A stretch of DNA of 41,908 nucleotides from Caldilineae bacterium (GTDB lineage Bacteria > Chloroflexota > Anaerolineae > DTLA01): the NCBI GenBank assembly GCA_037446815.1, contig JBBIHX010000007.1, positions 1-41,908 on the forward strand. The letters run 5' to 3'. The first letter of the stretch is position 1. Each line of letters opens with the position of its first letter. The notes beneath the pieces were generated by a model. It searched no databases, was not told where the DNA came from, and worked only from the letters and a program-made list of their open reading frames with translations. The translations under genes were made by a program, and so were the position numbers. This document shows positions 24,087 through 32,401 of the stretch, in pieces.

Positions 24087-24102
24087 TGCAAGTTCTATGC
24101 CA
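24087..24102 (-). promoter_or_regulatory. Sigma54 (-24/-12) promoter
   Basis: Minus strand TGGCATAGAACTTGCA, with GG and GC separated by exactly 10 nt, matching TGGCAC-N5-TTGCW at all but one position. It sits directly downstream of rpoN and its activator. Predicted TSS about 24076. Confidence 0.85.
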
Positions 24103-24119
24103 TCCGAGAGGGGCGGCAG

Positions 24120-24160
24120 AAAACCTGACGGGCCATCCGGGGTGGGGGATGGCCCGTCAG
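24120..24160 (-). terminator. Intrinsic terminator of the deoR-rpoN-HK-RR operon
   Basis: Perfect 14-bp inverted repeat CTGACGGGCCATCC (24125-24138) / GGATGGCCCGTCAG (24147-24160) with an 8-nt loop, followed on the minus strand by GTTTTCT. Lies 52 nt after the regulator stop. Confidence 0.75.
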
Positions 24161-24212
24161 ACCGTAGAGAGGGCGAGTTGCGGTAGCCGGCGCCCGGGGA
24201 AGGGGCTGGCTC

Positions 24213-25598
24213 CTATTCCAGTTGATACTTGCGCATCCGGTATCGCAACTCGTCGCGGGAGATCCCAAGTGCGTTTGCCGCGCGGGTCTGGTTGCCGTCG
24301 GCGAGGGCTAGCGCCCTGCGAATCAGGTCCTCCTCCAGATGGGCTACGGCGTCTTTGAGGTTGAGGCCGTGGCCGTTGGACGGCGCGCCGTCGGCACCTG
24401 CCGGCGTGGGCGCCTCGCAGGGCTGGCAAGCGGCAATCTCGGCGGGGAGGTGCTGGGGCCGAATCTCATCGCCGTCGCATAGGATGATGGCGCGCTCAAT
24501 GACGTTTCGTAGTTCGCGGATGTTGCCGGGCCACGAGTATGCCTTCAGCAGGCTCAGCGCCTCGGCGGAGACGCCGGCAATGTTGCGGCCGGTGGACCTG
24601 TTGAAGTCGTCTATGAACGCGGCGACGAACAGGGGCAGGTCCACGATGCGCTCGCGCAGAGGGGGCAGGTTCACGGTAACGACGCCGAGGCGGTAGTAGA
24701 GGTCCTCGCGGAACGTGCCTTCGCGAATGGCCTTGACCAGGTCCTGGTTGGAGGCGGCGATGATGCGGATGTCCACCCTGATGTCGCGGGTGCCGCCCAC
24801 TCGTCTCAGAGTGCGGGTTTCCAGTACCCGCAGGAGTTTCGTCTGCATCTCGGGCTTCATGCCGCTGATTTCGTCCAGGAAGAGCGTACCGCCATCGGCA
24901 GCCTCAATGAGGCCTTTTTTCTGCTTGTGCGCTCCGGTGAAGGCGCCGGCTTCGTAGCCGAAGAGTTCGCTTTCCAGCAGGGCGTCGGGGATGGCGGCGC
25001 AGTTCAGGGCGACGAAGGCCTGTTCCGCGCGGTTGCTCTGCTGGTGGATGGCGTTGGCGACGACTTCCTTGCCCGTGCCGCTTTCGCCCTGCAACAGGAC
25101 GCTGGCGTTTGTCGGCGCGACGCGCATCAGGAGTTGCGCGATTGCTTTCATCTGCGGGGTTTCGCCCACGATCCAGGTGAGCGCGTAGCGGTTGCGGGCT
25201 TCCCGTCGCAGGCGGCGGATTTCCCTGCGCATGGCGGAGGCCTCCAGTGCCTTGGCCGCCACCAGGAGGAGCGTGTCCAGGTTGTAGGGCTTCTTCATGT
25301 AGTCGTAGGCGCCCAGTTTCATGGCCTGCACGGCGCAGTCTATCTCGCCGTGGCCCGTAACGATGATGACCGGGATGTCGGGCTCCTCCTCGCGGATGAC
25401 CCTGAGCACGTCCAGACCGTGCATGTCGGGCAGTTGCTGGTCCAGCAGGACCAGGTCCACCTCCTGGCGGCGGATGATGTCCAGCCCTTCTTGTCCGGTG
25501 AGCGCGCCGAGGCTTTCGTATCCGGCCTCGCGGAGGTCTTCCTGGACGAAATGGTTGAGCGTTTGTTCGTCGTCAACGATGAGTATCGTCGCGGCCAT
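24213..25598 (-). CDS. NtrC-family sigma54-dependent response regulator: REC, AAA+, Fis HTH (461 aa)
   Basis: REC ILIVDDE..LLDQQLP..KP, Walker A GESGTGKE, GAFTGA loop, Walker B LFLDE, FREDLYYRL, WPGNIREL and HTH NQTRAANALGISR. Confidence 0.96.
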   Translation of the reverse strand: MAATILIVDDEQTLNHFVQEDLREAGYESLGALTGQEGLDIIRRQEVDLVLLDQQLPDMHGLDVLRVIREEEPDIPVIIVTGHGEIDCAVQAMKLGAYDYMKKPYNLDTLLLVAAKALEASAMRREIRRLRREARNRYALTWIVGETPQMKAIAQLLMRVAPTNASVLLQGESGTGKEVVANAIHQQSNRAEQAFVALNCAAIPDALLESELFGYEAGAFTGAHKQKKGLIEAADGGTLFLDEISGMKPEMQTKLLRVLETRTLRRVGGTRDIRVDIRIIAASNQDLVKAIREGTFREDLYYRLGVVTVNLPPLRERIVDLPLFVAAFIDDFNRSTGRNIAGVSAEALSLLKAYSWPGNIRELRNVIERAIILCDGDEIRPQHLPAEIAACQPCEAPTPAGADGAPSNGHGLNLKDAVAHLEEDLIRRALALADGNQTRAANALGISRDELRYRMRKYQLE

Positions 25599-25620
25599 TC
25601 TGCTCCCCTCACAGTAGAAT

Positions 25621-28551
25621 CTACGCGGCGACCGGCAGGTCAACGGTGAACACGGTGCCGACGCCTTCCTTGCTGCGCACCGAGATGGTGCCGCGGTGGT
25701 CGGTGATGATGCGGCGGGTGATGGCCAGGCCCAGGCCGGTGCCTTTGGCCTTTGTCGTTACGAACGGTTCAAAGATCTTAGGCAGTTTGTCCTCTGGGAT
25801 GCCGACGCCGGTGTCGGCCACCTCAATGCGAATCCACTCATCCGGCCCGATGGCCACGTCTTGCTGTAGTCTGTCGGCGGCAGGCTCGGGGATAAGCCGC
25901 ACCTTGCGCACGCTGATGCGCAGGTCGCCGCCGTTGGGCATGGCGTCCAGCGCGTTGCTGATGAGGTTGGACAGGGCCTGGTCCAGCCGCAGGGGGTCAA
26001 CCAGGCAGGAGCCGATGCCCGGGGCGTAATTCTTGGTGATGCGGATGCGCTTCTCGGCGGCCTTGCCATGCCAGCGAGCGAGAACGTTCTCCACGATGTC
26101 CGGGACCTGCGCGGGAACCAGGTCCAGCGTGGGCGGGCGCGAGATCATCAGCACGTTCTCTATCAGGCGATTGACCCGTTCGGTTTCCTCCAGGATGAGT
26201 TGGATGGCGCGCTGCTGGGCGGGGTCGGTGATCTTGCGTGCGAGATGCTGGATGCCCGCGCTGATGGAGCCCAGCGGGTTGCGGAGTTCGTGGGCCAGGA
26301 CGGCGGCCATCTCGCCCAGGTCGGCCAGCCGATCCAACTTGCGCTTCTCCTCCTCTATCTTCTTAATCTCGCTCAGGTCGCTGAAGACCAGCAGGAGGCC
26401 GGTTACGACGCCCTGATTGTCGCGAAGGGGGGACGTGTTCAGGCCGATGGGGATTTCGTGCCCGTCGCGGTGGGTGATGACCGTTTCGTAGTTGGAGCAC
26501 GGCGTGCCCTTGTGCAGGGTCTCGGAGAGGATCTCCTGCAGCCCGTTGGACGAGACGAGCACCTGATGCACCGGCTTGCCCAGCAAGTGCTCGCGCGGAT
26601 AGCCGATGATCTTGGCGGCGGCGATGTTGGTGGATGTGATGCGGCCGGACAGGTCCACCGTGATGAGGCCGTTGGTCATGCTCTGGAGCACGTTCTCGTT
26701 GAACTGCTTGATGACGAACAGGTCGCCGATGGCGGTGCGCAATTCTGTGAAGAGCATGGCGTTCTCAATGGCGACGCTGATTTGGTTCGCCACGGCTGTG
26801 AGCAGGTCCACATCCTCCTGCGTGAACCACCGCTGTTTCTGGCTGGCGACGTTCATCACGCCGAGAAGCCTGTCCTTTGCCCGCAACTGGGTGCTGACAA
26901 AGGAGCCGAGGTGCGGTTGCGAGGTCTGGGGCCACCAGGCTCCGGCCAGTTGGGCCACGTTGCCGTTGGAGGCGGTGATGGTGGCGCCGCCGTTCGGCTC
27001 GTTGAAGGGCTGGGACTGCACGGCCAGGACGGGCGGCTCGCCACGATAGACCCGCAGCACCAGGTTTCCGGTGTCCTCGTCAAACAGGTAGATGGCGCCC
27101 ATGTCGGCCCCGACGACGTCCAGCACCTTGTCCAGCGCCGCGTCCAGGATTTCGTCCAGTTCCAGCGACCGGCCGACGGTGGCGGAGACGGCATTGAGCG
27201 CGGATAGGTTGCGGTTGCGTCGCAGGAGTTCACGCTCCATTGCCTTGCGCTCGGTGATGTCGCGCGCGAGAATCTGAATCACCTTGCGGCGGTCAAACTC
27301 TATGACGCTGGCGCTGATGTCCACATCCATGCGGGTGCCGTCCTGCCGGACGAAGACCATGTCGTCAAAGGTGCCCGACCCGTTGAGCAGCACCTCCTGC
27401 AACCTGCCAACGCTGCGCTCGCGCAGGTCGGCGGGGAAGAGGTCGCTGAGGCGCATGTGAAGGAGGGCCTCGCGCCGATAGCCTGTGAATTGCTCGGCCT
27501 TGCGGTTGACCTCCAGGATGCCCGTATCGGCGGGATGGATGGAGAAGATGGCGTCGTTGGCGTTTTCAATGAGCACGCGCTGGCGCTGCTCGGATTCGCG
27601 CAATTTGTGGGTGCGTTCGTGAATCTGGCGGCTCATGGAGCGAAACCACGCATAGGTAACCGCCGCCAAGAGGCAGAGGGCCAGCGCGCCTGCGCCAGCC
27701 AAGAGCAGCCAGTTGTCGGGCAGGGCGTTGCCGTCGCTGGGAACGGCGCCGAACCATTTGCGGACGATCTTGTCCTTGACGTTGTTGCTTTCCAGAGCCG
27801 TTAGCCCCGCATTGAGGAGGGCCAGGAGTTCGGTGTTGTTCTTGCGGACGGCGATGGCGTATCCGCGGCGGCGGAGGGGCTCTCCGACAGCCTTGACGAG
27901 GCCGCTCAGGTTGTTGCGCTGGATGACGTTGCGGCTGGAAAGTTCGTCGCCGACGAAGGCTTCCACCTCTCCGGCCAGGAGCCGATTCAGGCCGTCTTGG
28001 ATGCTGGGGACGGGGACGGCCTGGATGGCGGCGTTGGACTGCACCAGGTAGGCCGCCGGGCTGTTGCTCACGACGGCTACGGTGCGGCTGGCCAGGTCCG
28101 AGAGGCCGTGGATATCCAACCTGTCCGCCGTTACGAAGATGGCCTGGGCGTTGCTCAAGTAGGGCTGGGTGAAGGCGTAGAAGGGGGCCAGTTCCGGGCC
28201 AGGTTCCTGGCCCATGATGCCGTCAATCTCGCCGACGGACAGGGCGGCGCGGGCGTCCTGCACGGCCATGGGGATCACCCGGATGTCGGCATTGAGCGCC
28301 AGCGCCAGGCCCGCGACGAGTTCCTGATCAAACCCGTTGTAGATGCCCGCCTCCGAGGGGAAGAAGAAGGGCGGGTTGTTGGGCTGCGACGCGATGACGA
28401 TTTGACCGTGCTTTTGAAGCCAGGCGCGCTGCGCCTCCTGCGCGCTTGGGGTGCTTTGTGCGCGCGTGGGGCTCCACACGAACCGGTAGGCCAGCCCGCC
28501 GAGGAGTAGCATCAGCGTAAGGATTAGGGCGAACCGCCAGAGTTTGCGCAT
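25621..28551 (-). CDS. Membrane sensor histidine kinase: extracellular amino-acid-type SBP domain, TM, PAS, GAF, PAS, HisKA, HATPase (976 aa)
   Basis: SBP family-3-like NNPPFFF..GFDQEL..YAFTQPYL..YAIAVRK, PAS motifs ENANDAIF..VNR, H-box LAHELRNPL, N box NLISNALDAM and G boxes DTGVGI, GTGLGL. AGGAGG SD precedes ATG 28551. Confidence 0.93.
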   Translation of the reverse strand: MRKLWRFALILTLMLLLGGLAYRFVWSPTRAQSTPSAQEAQRAWLQKHGQIVIASQPNNPPFFFPSEAGIYNGFDQELVAGLALALNADIRVIPMAVQDARAALSVGEIDGIMGQEPGPELAPFYAFTQPYLSNAQAIFVTADRLDIHGLSDLASRTVAVVSNSPAAYLVQSNAAIQAVPVPSIQDGLNRLLAGEVEAFVGDELSSRNVIQRNNLSGLVKAVGEPLRRRGYAIAVRKNNTELLALLNAGLTALESNNVKDKIVRKWFGAVPSDGNALPDNWLLLAGAGALALCLLAAVTYAWFRSMSRQIHERTHKLRESEQRQRVLIENANDAIFSIHPADTGILEVNRKAEQFTGYRREALLHMRLSDLFPADLRERSVGRLQEVLLNGSGTFDDMVFVRQDGTRMDVDISASVIEFDRRKVIQILARDITERKAMERELLRRNRNLSALNAVSATVGRSLELDEILDAALDKVLDVVGADMGAIYLFDEDTGNLVLRVYRGEPPVLAVQSQPFNEPNGGATITASNGNVAQLAGAWWPQTSQPHLGSFVSTQLRAKDRLLGVMNVASQKQRWFTQEDVDLLTAVANQISVAIENAMLFTELRTAIGDLFVIKQFNENVLQSMTNGLITVDLSGRITSTNIAAAKIIGYPREHLLGKPVHQVLVSSNGLQEILSETLHKGTPCSNYETVITHRDGHEIPIGLNTSPLRDNQGVVTGLLLVFSDLSEIKKIEEEKRKLDRLADLGEMAAVLAHELRNPLGSISAGIQHLARKITDPAQQRAIQLILEETERVNRLIENVLMISRPPTLDLVPAQVPDIVENVLARWHGKAAEKRIRITKNYAPGIGSCLVDPLRLDQALSNLISNALDAMPNGGDLRISVRKVRLIPEPAADRLQQDVAIGPDEWIRIEVADTGVGIPEDKLPKIFEPFVTTKAKGTGLGLAITRRIITDHRGTISVRSKEGVGTVFTVDLPVAA

Positions 28552-28576
28552 GTCTCGTGAACCCTCCTGGACGCGC

Positions 28577-29983
28577 TCATGAGCCACGGAGTCGGGCAGG
28601 AAGGATGCCGAGTTCCTGCCGGTATTTGGCCACCGTGCGGCGCGCGATGGGATAGCCGCGCTGCGCCAGGCGCTTCGCCAGTTCCTGGTCGCTCAGGGGG
28701 CGCTTCTCTTGCGCGATGATTTCCAGCAGCACGTCTTTGACGGCCAGGGACTCGTCAAAGAAATCGGCAAGAGGGATGACGCGCCCGTTGGGAAGAAGAG
28801 CGTACTTGTTGGCGATGGCGCGGCTCACGGTGGATTCGTGGACTCCGATATGTTCTGCCAGTTCTGCCCGCGTGATGGGTTTGATGGAACGATTGCCGTT
28901 TTCCAGAAACTCGGCTTGATAGTTGACCAGCCAATCCCCTATCATTTGCAGCGTTTGCCAACGCTGATTGACGCACCGAATGAACAGTTTGCCTCTGGAC
29001 ATGTAGTCTTTCAGTTGCTGTTTGGCCTCTTCACAGGATGGGTCGTCCTTGCTCTCCAATTCCTGGGCCAGCCGCTTGTACTCCGGAGAGATTCGGAGCG
29101 TGAACGAGCGGCCGGGGAGGACCTCCACCTCAAAGCCCGTGTCGGGCGCGGGCCGCCGCCGGATGGCGATGTCGGGGCGGATGTAGACGGTGTCCGAGGC
29201 GGGTTTGGCCTCGCCCAGGGCCCAGTGCGCGTGGGCGGGCTTGGCGTTGAGATTAGTTCTGATGAATTCGTATTCGGCGCGGATTTCCTCTTCTGTTACC
29301 CCGAGCCGCCGCGCCAGCGCACGCACCTGCTGTTTGAGGAAGAGTTCCCATTCGGCGATGATGGCCTCGGCTAGGGGGCGGGGCTTGCCATCCTCGTGCA
29401 GGCGGCGCAGTTGGATGAGGAGCGCCTCCTGCGGGCCGCTGGCGCCGATGCCCGGCGGGTCCAGACGCTGGAGTTCGACGATCACGCGCCGGACGCGGTC
29501 GCGGGTTACGCCGAGGTTGGCCGCAACGTCCTCGGCCGACACGGTGAGGTAGCCGTGGCTGTCCAGGCTGTCTATGAGGTACTCCGCGATGGGGTGATCG
29601 TCCTGCGCGAGGGCGGGGCGTATTTGCCAGGTCAGGTACTCGGCGAGGCTCGTCGTGCCCGGCACCCGCGAGATTGGGTCGTCGTCCTCGTCGTCCCAGT
29701 CGGGGGAACGGTAATCCTGGTAGTTCCAGCCCTCTGGTTCCCAGTCGTTGGCCCGGGGCGGCTTTCTGCCCGCGCAGTACGGGCACTGGGACCCGCGCAA
29801 AGGGGCGCCGCACAAGGGGCACTGCTCGTGCTCAATCACCTCTAGCACGGGGTTTTGTTCCACCTCTTGAGCAACGGCCTGCTCCAGTTCAGCCGAAGAC
29901 ATGGCCAGCACTTCGTTGGCGATAATCAGTTGCGGCGTGATCTTCAGTTGACTTTCAAGCCTCTGCTCAAGGTACAGCGACAT
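28577..29983 (-). CDS. rpoN: RNA polymerase sigma-54 factor (468 aa)
   Basis: Region I QLKITPQL..L.E..EQNPVLE, core-binding DPPGIGA, HESTVSRA helix-turn-helix and RpoN box ARRTVAKYR. Confidence 0.96.
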   Translation of the reverse strand: MSLYLEQRLESQLKITPQLIIANEVLAMSSAELEQAVAQEVEQNPVLEVIEHEQCPLCGAPLRGSQCPYCAGRKPPRANDWEPEGWNYQDYRSPDWDDEDDDPISRVPGTTSLAEYLTWQIRPALAQDDHPIAEYLIDSLDSHGYLTVSAEDVAANLGVTRDRVRRVIVELQRLDPPGIGASGPQEALLIQLRRLHEDGKPRPLAEAIIAEWELFLKQQVRALARRLGVTEEEIRAEYEFIRTNLNAKPAHAHWALGEAKPASDTVYIRPDIAIRRRPAPDTGFEVEVLPGRSFTLRISPEYKRLAQELESKDDPSCEEAKQQLKDYMSRGKLFIRCVNQRWQTLQMIGDWLVNYQAEFLENGNRSIKPITRAELAEHIGVHESTVSRAIANKYALLPNGRVIPLADFFDESLAVKDVLLEIIAQEKRPLSDQELAKRLAQRGYPIARRTVAKYRQELGILPARLRGS

Positions 29984-30002
29984 GGTGCACCCTCCTGCGA
30001 GT

Positions 30003-30794
30003 TCAGGCCAGGATGGTCTCTATGCCCAGGCGCGCGATGGCGGAGATCATGTCGGGCGGCAACTCTCTGCCCGTTACCACTTTGTGGACGGCGGTGAGGG
30101 GGGCAAAGGAGACCAGGGCTACCTTGCCGAACAGGTTGTGTTGCGCCAGCAAGATGACTTCTCGCGCCGCCTGGATCATGGCCTGCTTCACGGTGATTTC
30201 CTCCAGTTGCGAGGTGGTGAGGCCGCGCTCCTGGTCAATGCCCGGAGCAGTCAGGAACAGTTTGTCCACCTGCATTCCCCTCAACGTTTGTTCGGCGACG
30301 TAGCCGACAAGGCCCTGGCGAAGGCCGCGCACAAGGCCGCCGGTGAGGATGGCGCTGACGCCGAAGGACTCGCTGAGTTCCAGCGCGACTTCCAGGTTGT
30401 TGGTCAGCACCGTCAGGTTCCGGCGGGTGGCCTTGATGCGGCGGGCCAGTTGGAGCGTGCCCGGGCCGGAATCAATGATGATGGTTTCGCCCTCGTTTAC
30501 CAGCCTGCTGGCCGCGATAGCCATTCGGGTCAGTTCCTCCCCCTGGATTTTGGCCAGGTCTGCCGCGGGTTCGGGTGTGCGCTCCTCCGCAGGTAGCGGC
30601 TCCTCCGGTGCTGCGATCTGGGACACGGCTCCTCCGTGCGTGCGCTTGATGACGCCCTGCTGGGCCATTTCCGCCAGGTCTCGGCGGATGGTGCTTTCGG
30701 AGGTGTTGAAGCGGGTTGCCAGTTCGGCGACGGTAACGAAGGGCTCCTCCTCCAGCACTTTGCGGATGGCGGCCTGCCTGTCTTCTTTTGTCAT
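30003..30794 (-). CDS. DeoR/GlpR-family transcriptional regulator (263 aa)
   Basis: wHTH RQAAIRKVL..ELATRFNTSESTIRRDL..RTHGGA and sensor domain IIDSGPG..TNN..LTGG..DKLFL. AAGGAGG SD precedes ATG 30794, so the track start at 30965 is over-extended. Confidence 0.93.
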   Translation of the reverse strand: MTKEDRQAAIRKVLEEEPFVTVAELATRFNTSESTIRRDLAEMAQQGVIKRTHGGAVSQIAAPEEPLPAEERTPEPAADLAKIQGEELTRMAIAASRLVNEGETIIIDSGPGTLQLARRIKATRRNLTVLTNNLEVALELSESFGVSAILTGGLVRGLRQGLVGYVAEQTLRGMQVDKLFLTAPGIDQERGLTTSQLEEITVKQAMIQAAREVILLAQHNLFGKVALVSFAPLTAVHKVVTGRELPPDMISAIARLGIETILA

Positions 30795-30957
30795 GGCGAT
30801 CCTCCTTCGGAATGATGCAATCGCCGCGACTGGGTGCTGCCTCGCTCGCCAAGTTGAGCGGGCCTGATGGTACGATGGGCAAGTCGCCATCGCGGTGGGA
30901 AGCCAGCAGTCCCGTTCCCGGCAGCAGTGGGGTTCGTTGGCAATTGGGCCCTGCGCG

Positions 30958-31220
30958 TCGCGCATATTGAGCGTTATTGGTTATGCTCAATATCGCGCAG
31001 GCATTTGCGCAATTGCGCGAACCCTCCTTGCTCTACGCTTGTATTATAGCATACTTTTAGCGAAAAGTCAAGGGGTTTTTGCGCGAATTTTGGGTGAATT
31101 CGGAGATGATGCTAGCAAATGAGCGTCATCATGCGCGATATTGCGCAGTCGGTGATTGCAAATGCGCAATAATGCGCAACGTGCTGCTGGTTGTGGCAAG
31201 ATGGTGCGCGAAAGCGCGCA
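30958..31220. promoter_or_regulatory. Array of TGCGCR-N4-YGCGCA operator-like palindromes flanking the promoter
   Basis: 16-mers at 30984 (TGCTCAATATCGCGCA), 31132 (TGCGCGATATTGCGCA), 31163 (TGCGCAATAATGCGCA) and 31205 (TGCGCGAAAGCGCGCA). Variants at 30958 and 31006, and a half site at 31080. Confidence 0.7.
31043..31071 (-). promoter_or_regulatory. Near-consensus sigma70 promoter of the deoR-rpoN-HK-RR operon
   Basis: TTGACT (31066-31071), 17 nt, TATAAT (31043-31048), with an extended -10 TG. Confidence 0.8.
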
Positions 31221-31317
31221 GCGGGCGAGGATGGAGTGGGGGAGCGGAGAACGCAGTGAAAGACGGGCGGGGTGCCCGCCAAGGCAGGGGATGGCGGGGA
31301 AGAGCAGTGCCCGGCGC

Positions 31318-31812
31318 CTAGCCGCGCTGTGGGTCTGGCGGCGTCTCCGCGTCGTCGCTGCCCTTGGTAACACCCTGCTGGATGGCCATGATGCCGTTGT
31401 TGACGGTGCGCAGGATTTGCTCCAATTCGCGCTGGAGCTTGCCGAGCACTTCTACCACGTAGTCGTCGGCGCCCTTGCGGATGCTCTCGGCGTCTCGCTT
31501 GGCGCGTTCCAGGATGGTGTTGGCGCGCACCATGGCCGCCTTGGTGATCTCGCTCTCCTCGGTAAGGCGGGCGGCCTCTTCGCCGGCCAGGGCGACGATG
31601 CGTTCGCGCTCCTCGCGCGCCTGGGCGAGGACGCGCTCTTTCTCCTGGAGGAGTCGCTTGGCCTGCTGCACTTCCTGCGGGATGCGCGCGCGCATCTCAT
31701 CTATGATTCGCAGCATCTCTTCTTCGTTGACGATGACGTCGGAGGTAAGGGGGATGTGCCAGCCATTGTTGACGGCGGCTTCCAGTTGGTCAATTAGGTG
31801 CAGGATGTCCAT
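31318..31812 (-). CDS. Conserved coiled-coil protein (DivIVA-like architecture) commonly found downstream of coaD (164 aa)
   Basis: MDILHLIDQLE..IPLTSDVIVNEEEMLRIIDEMRARIPQEVQQAK followed by a long heptad-rich region. GGAGG SD. Confidence 0.75.
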   Translation of the reverse strand: MDILHLIDQLEAAVNNGWHIPLTSDVIVNEEEMLRIIDEMRARIPQEVQQAKRLLQEKERVLAQAREERERIVALAGEEAARLTEESEITKAAMVRANTILERAKRDAESIRKGADDYVVEVLGKLQRELEQILRTVNNGIMAIQQGVTKGSDDAETPPDPQRG

Positions 31813-31873
31813 CGCGATCCTCCGTTCTGCGCGAGCAGGGTCGGCCTGCTGTCCTAGTGTGTGGCGTCGCCAC

Positions 31874-32401
31874 TCAATCGCGGAGGGAGACGAGCGGGAT
31901 TTTCCCGCTGCCGTCGGCCCCCAATGTCCTCAACCGCTCCACGAGGGCTTTAGCCACGTGCGGCGGAACCATCTGGTCTATGCAACCGCCGGCGATGGCC
32001 ACTTCCTTGACGATGCTGGAACTCAGGAAAGCGTGCTCCAGGCTGGTAACCAAACACACCGTCTCAATTTCGGGCGCGAGTTTCTTGTTGGTCAGGGCCA
32101 TCTGATACTCCAACTCAAAGTCATACGTTACCCGCAGCCCTCGGACGATAACCTGTGCTTTTCTACGGCGAAGGTATTCTACCGTAAGACCCTCGTATGT
32201 GTCCAATTCAATGTTGGGCACGTCGCCGAGCGCCTGGCTCATCATGGCGAGCCGCTCCTCGGAGGAGAACAGCAGGTTCTTGAGGGGGCGGGCGTACACC
32301 GCGATGATGAGCCGGTCAAATATCTTGGCAGCGCGCTTCGCAATGTCCATGTGCCCATAGTGGACGGGGTCAAACGTTCCCGGATACACGGCTACGCTCA
32401 T
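31874..32401 (-). CDS. coaD: Phosphopantetheine adenylyltransferase
   Basis: YPGTFDPVHYGH (HxGH motif), RGLR, DFELEYQMA and SSSIVKE. Confidence 0.97.
   Translation of the reverse strand: MSVAVYPGTFDPVHYGHMDIAKRAAKIFDRLIIAVYARPLKNLLFSSEERLAMMSQALGDVPNIELDTYEGLTVEYLRRRKAQVIVRGLRVTYDFELEYQMALTNKKLAPEIETVCLVTSLEHAFLSSSIVKEVAIAGGCIDQMVPPHVAKALVERLRTLGADGSGKIPLVSLRD

Noticed and set aside
31193-31208. Plus-strand TGGCAAGATGGTGC resembling a sigma54 promoter
   Set aside because: GG-to-GC spacing is 9 nt instead of the required 10, and no plus-strand gene follows.
31318-31812. Possible ATP synthase subunit b/H call for the coiled-coil gene
   Set aside because: No TM anchor and no ATP synthase operon; the similarity would be generic coiled-coil.
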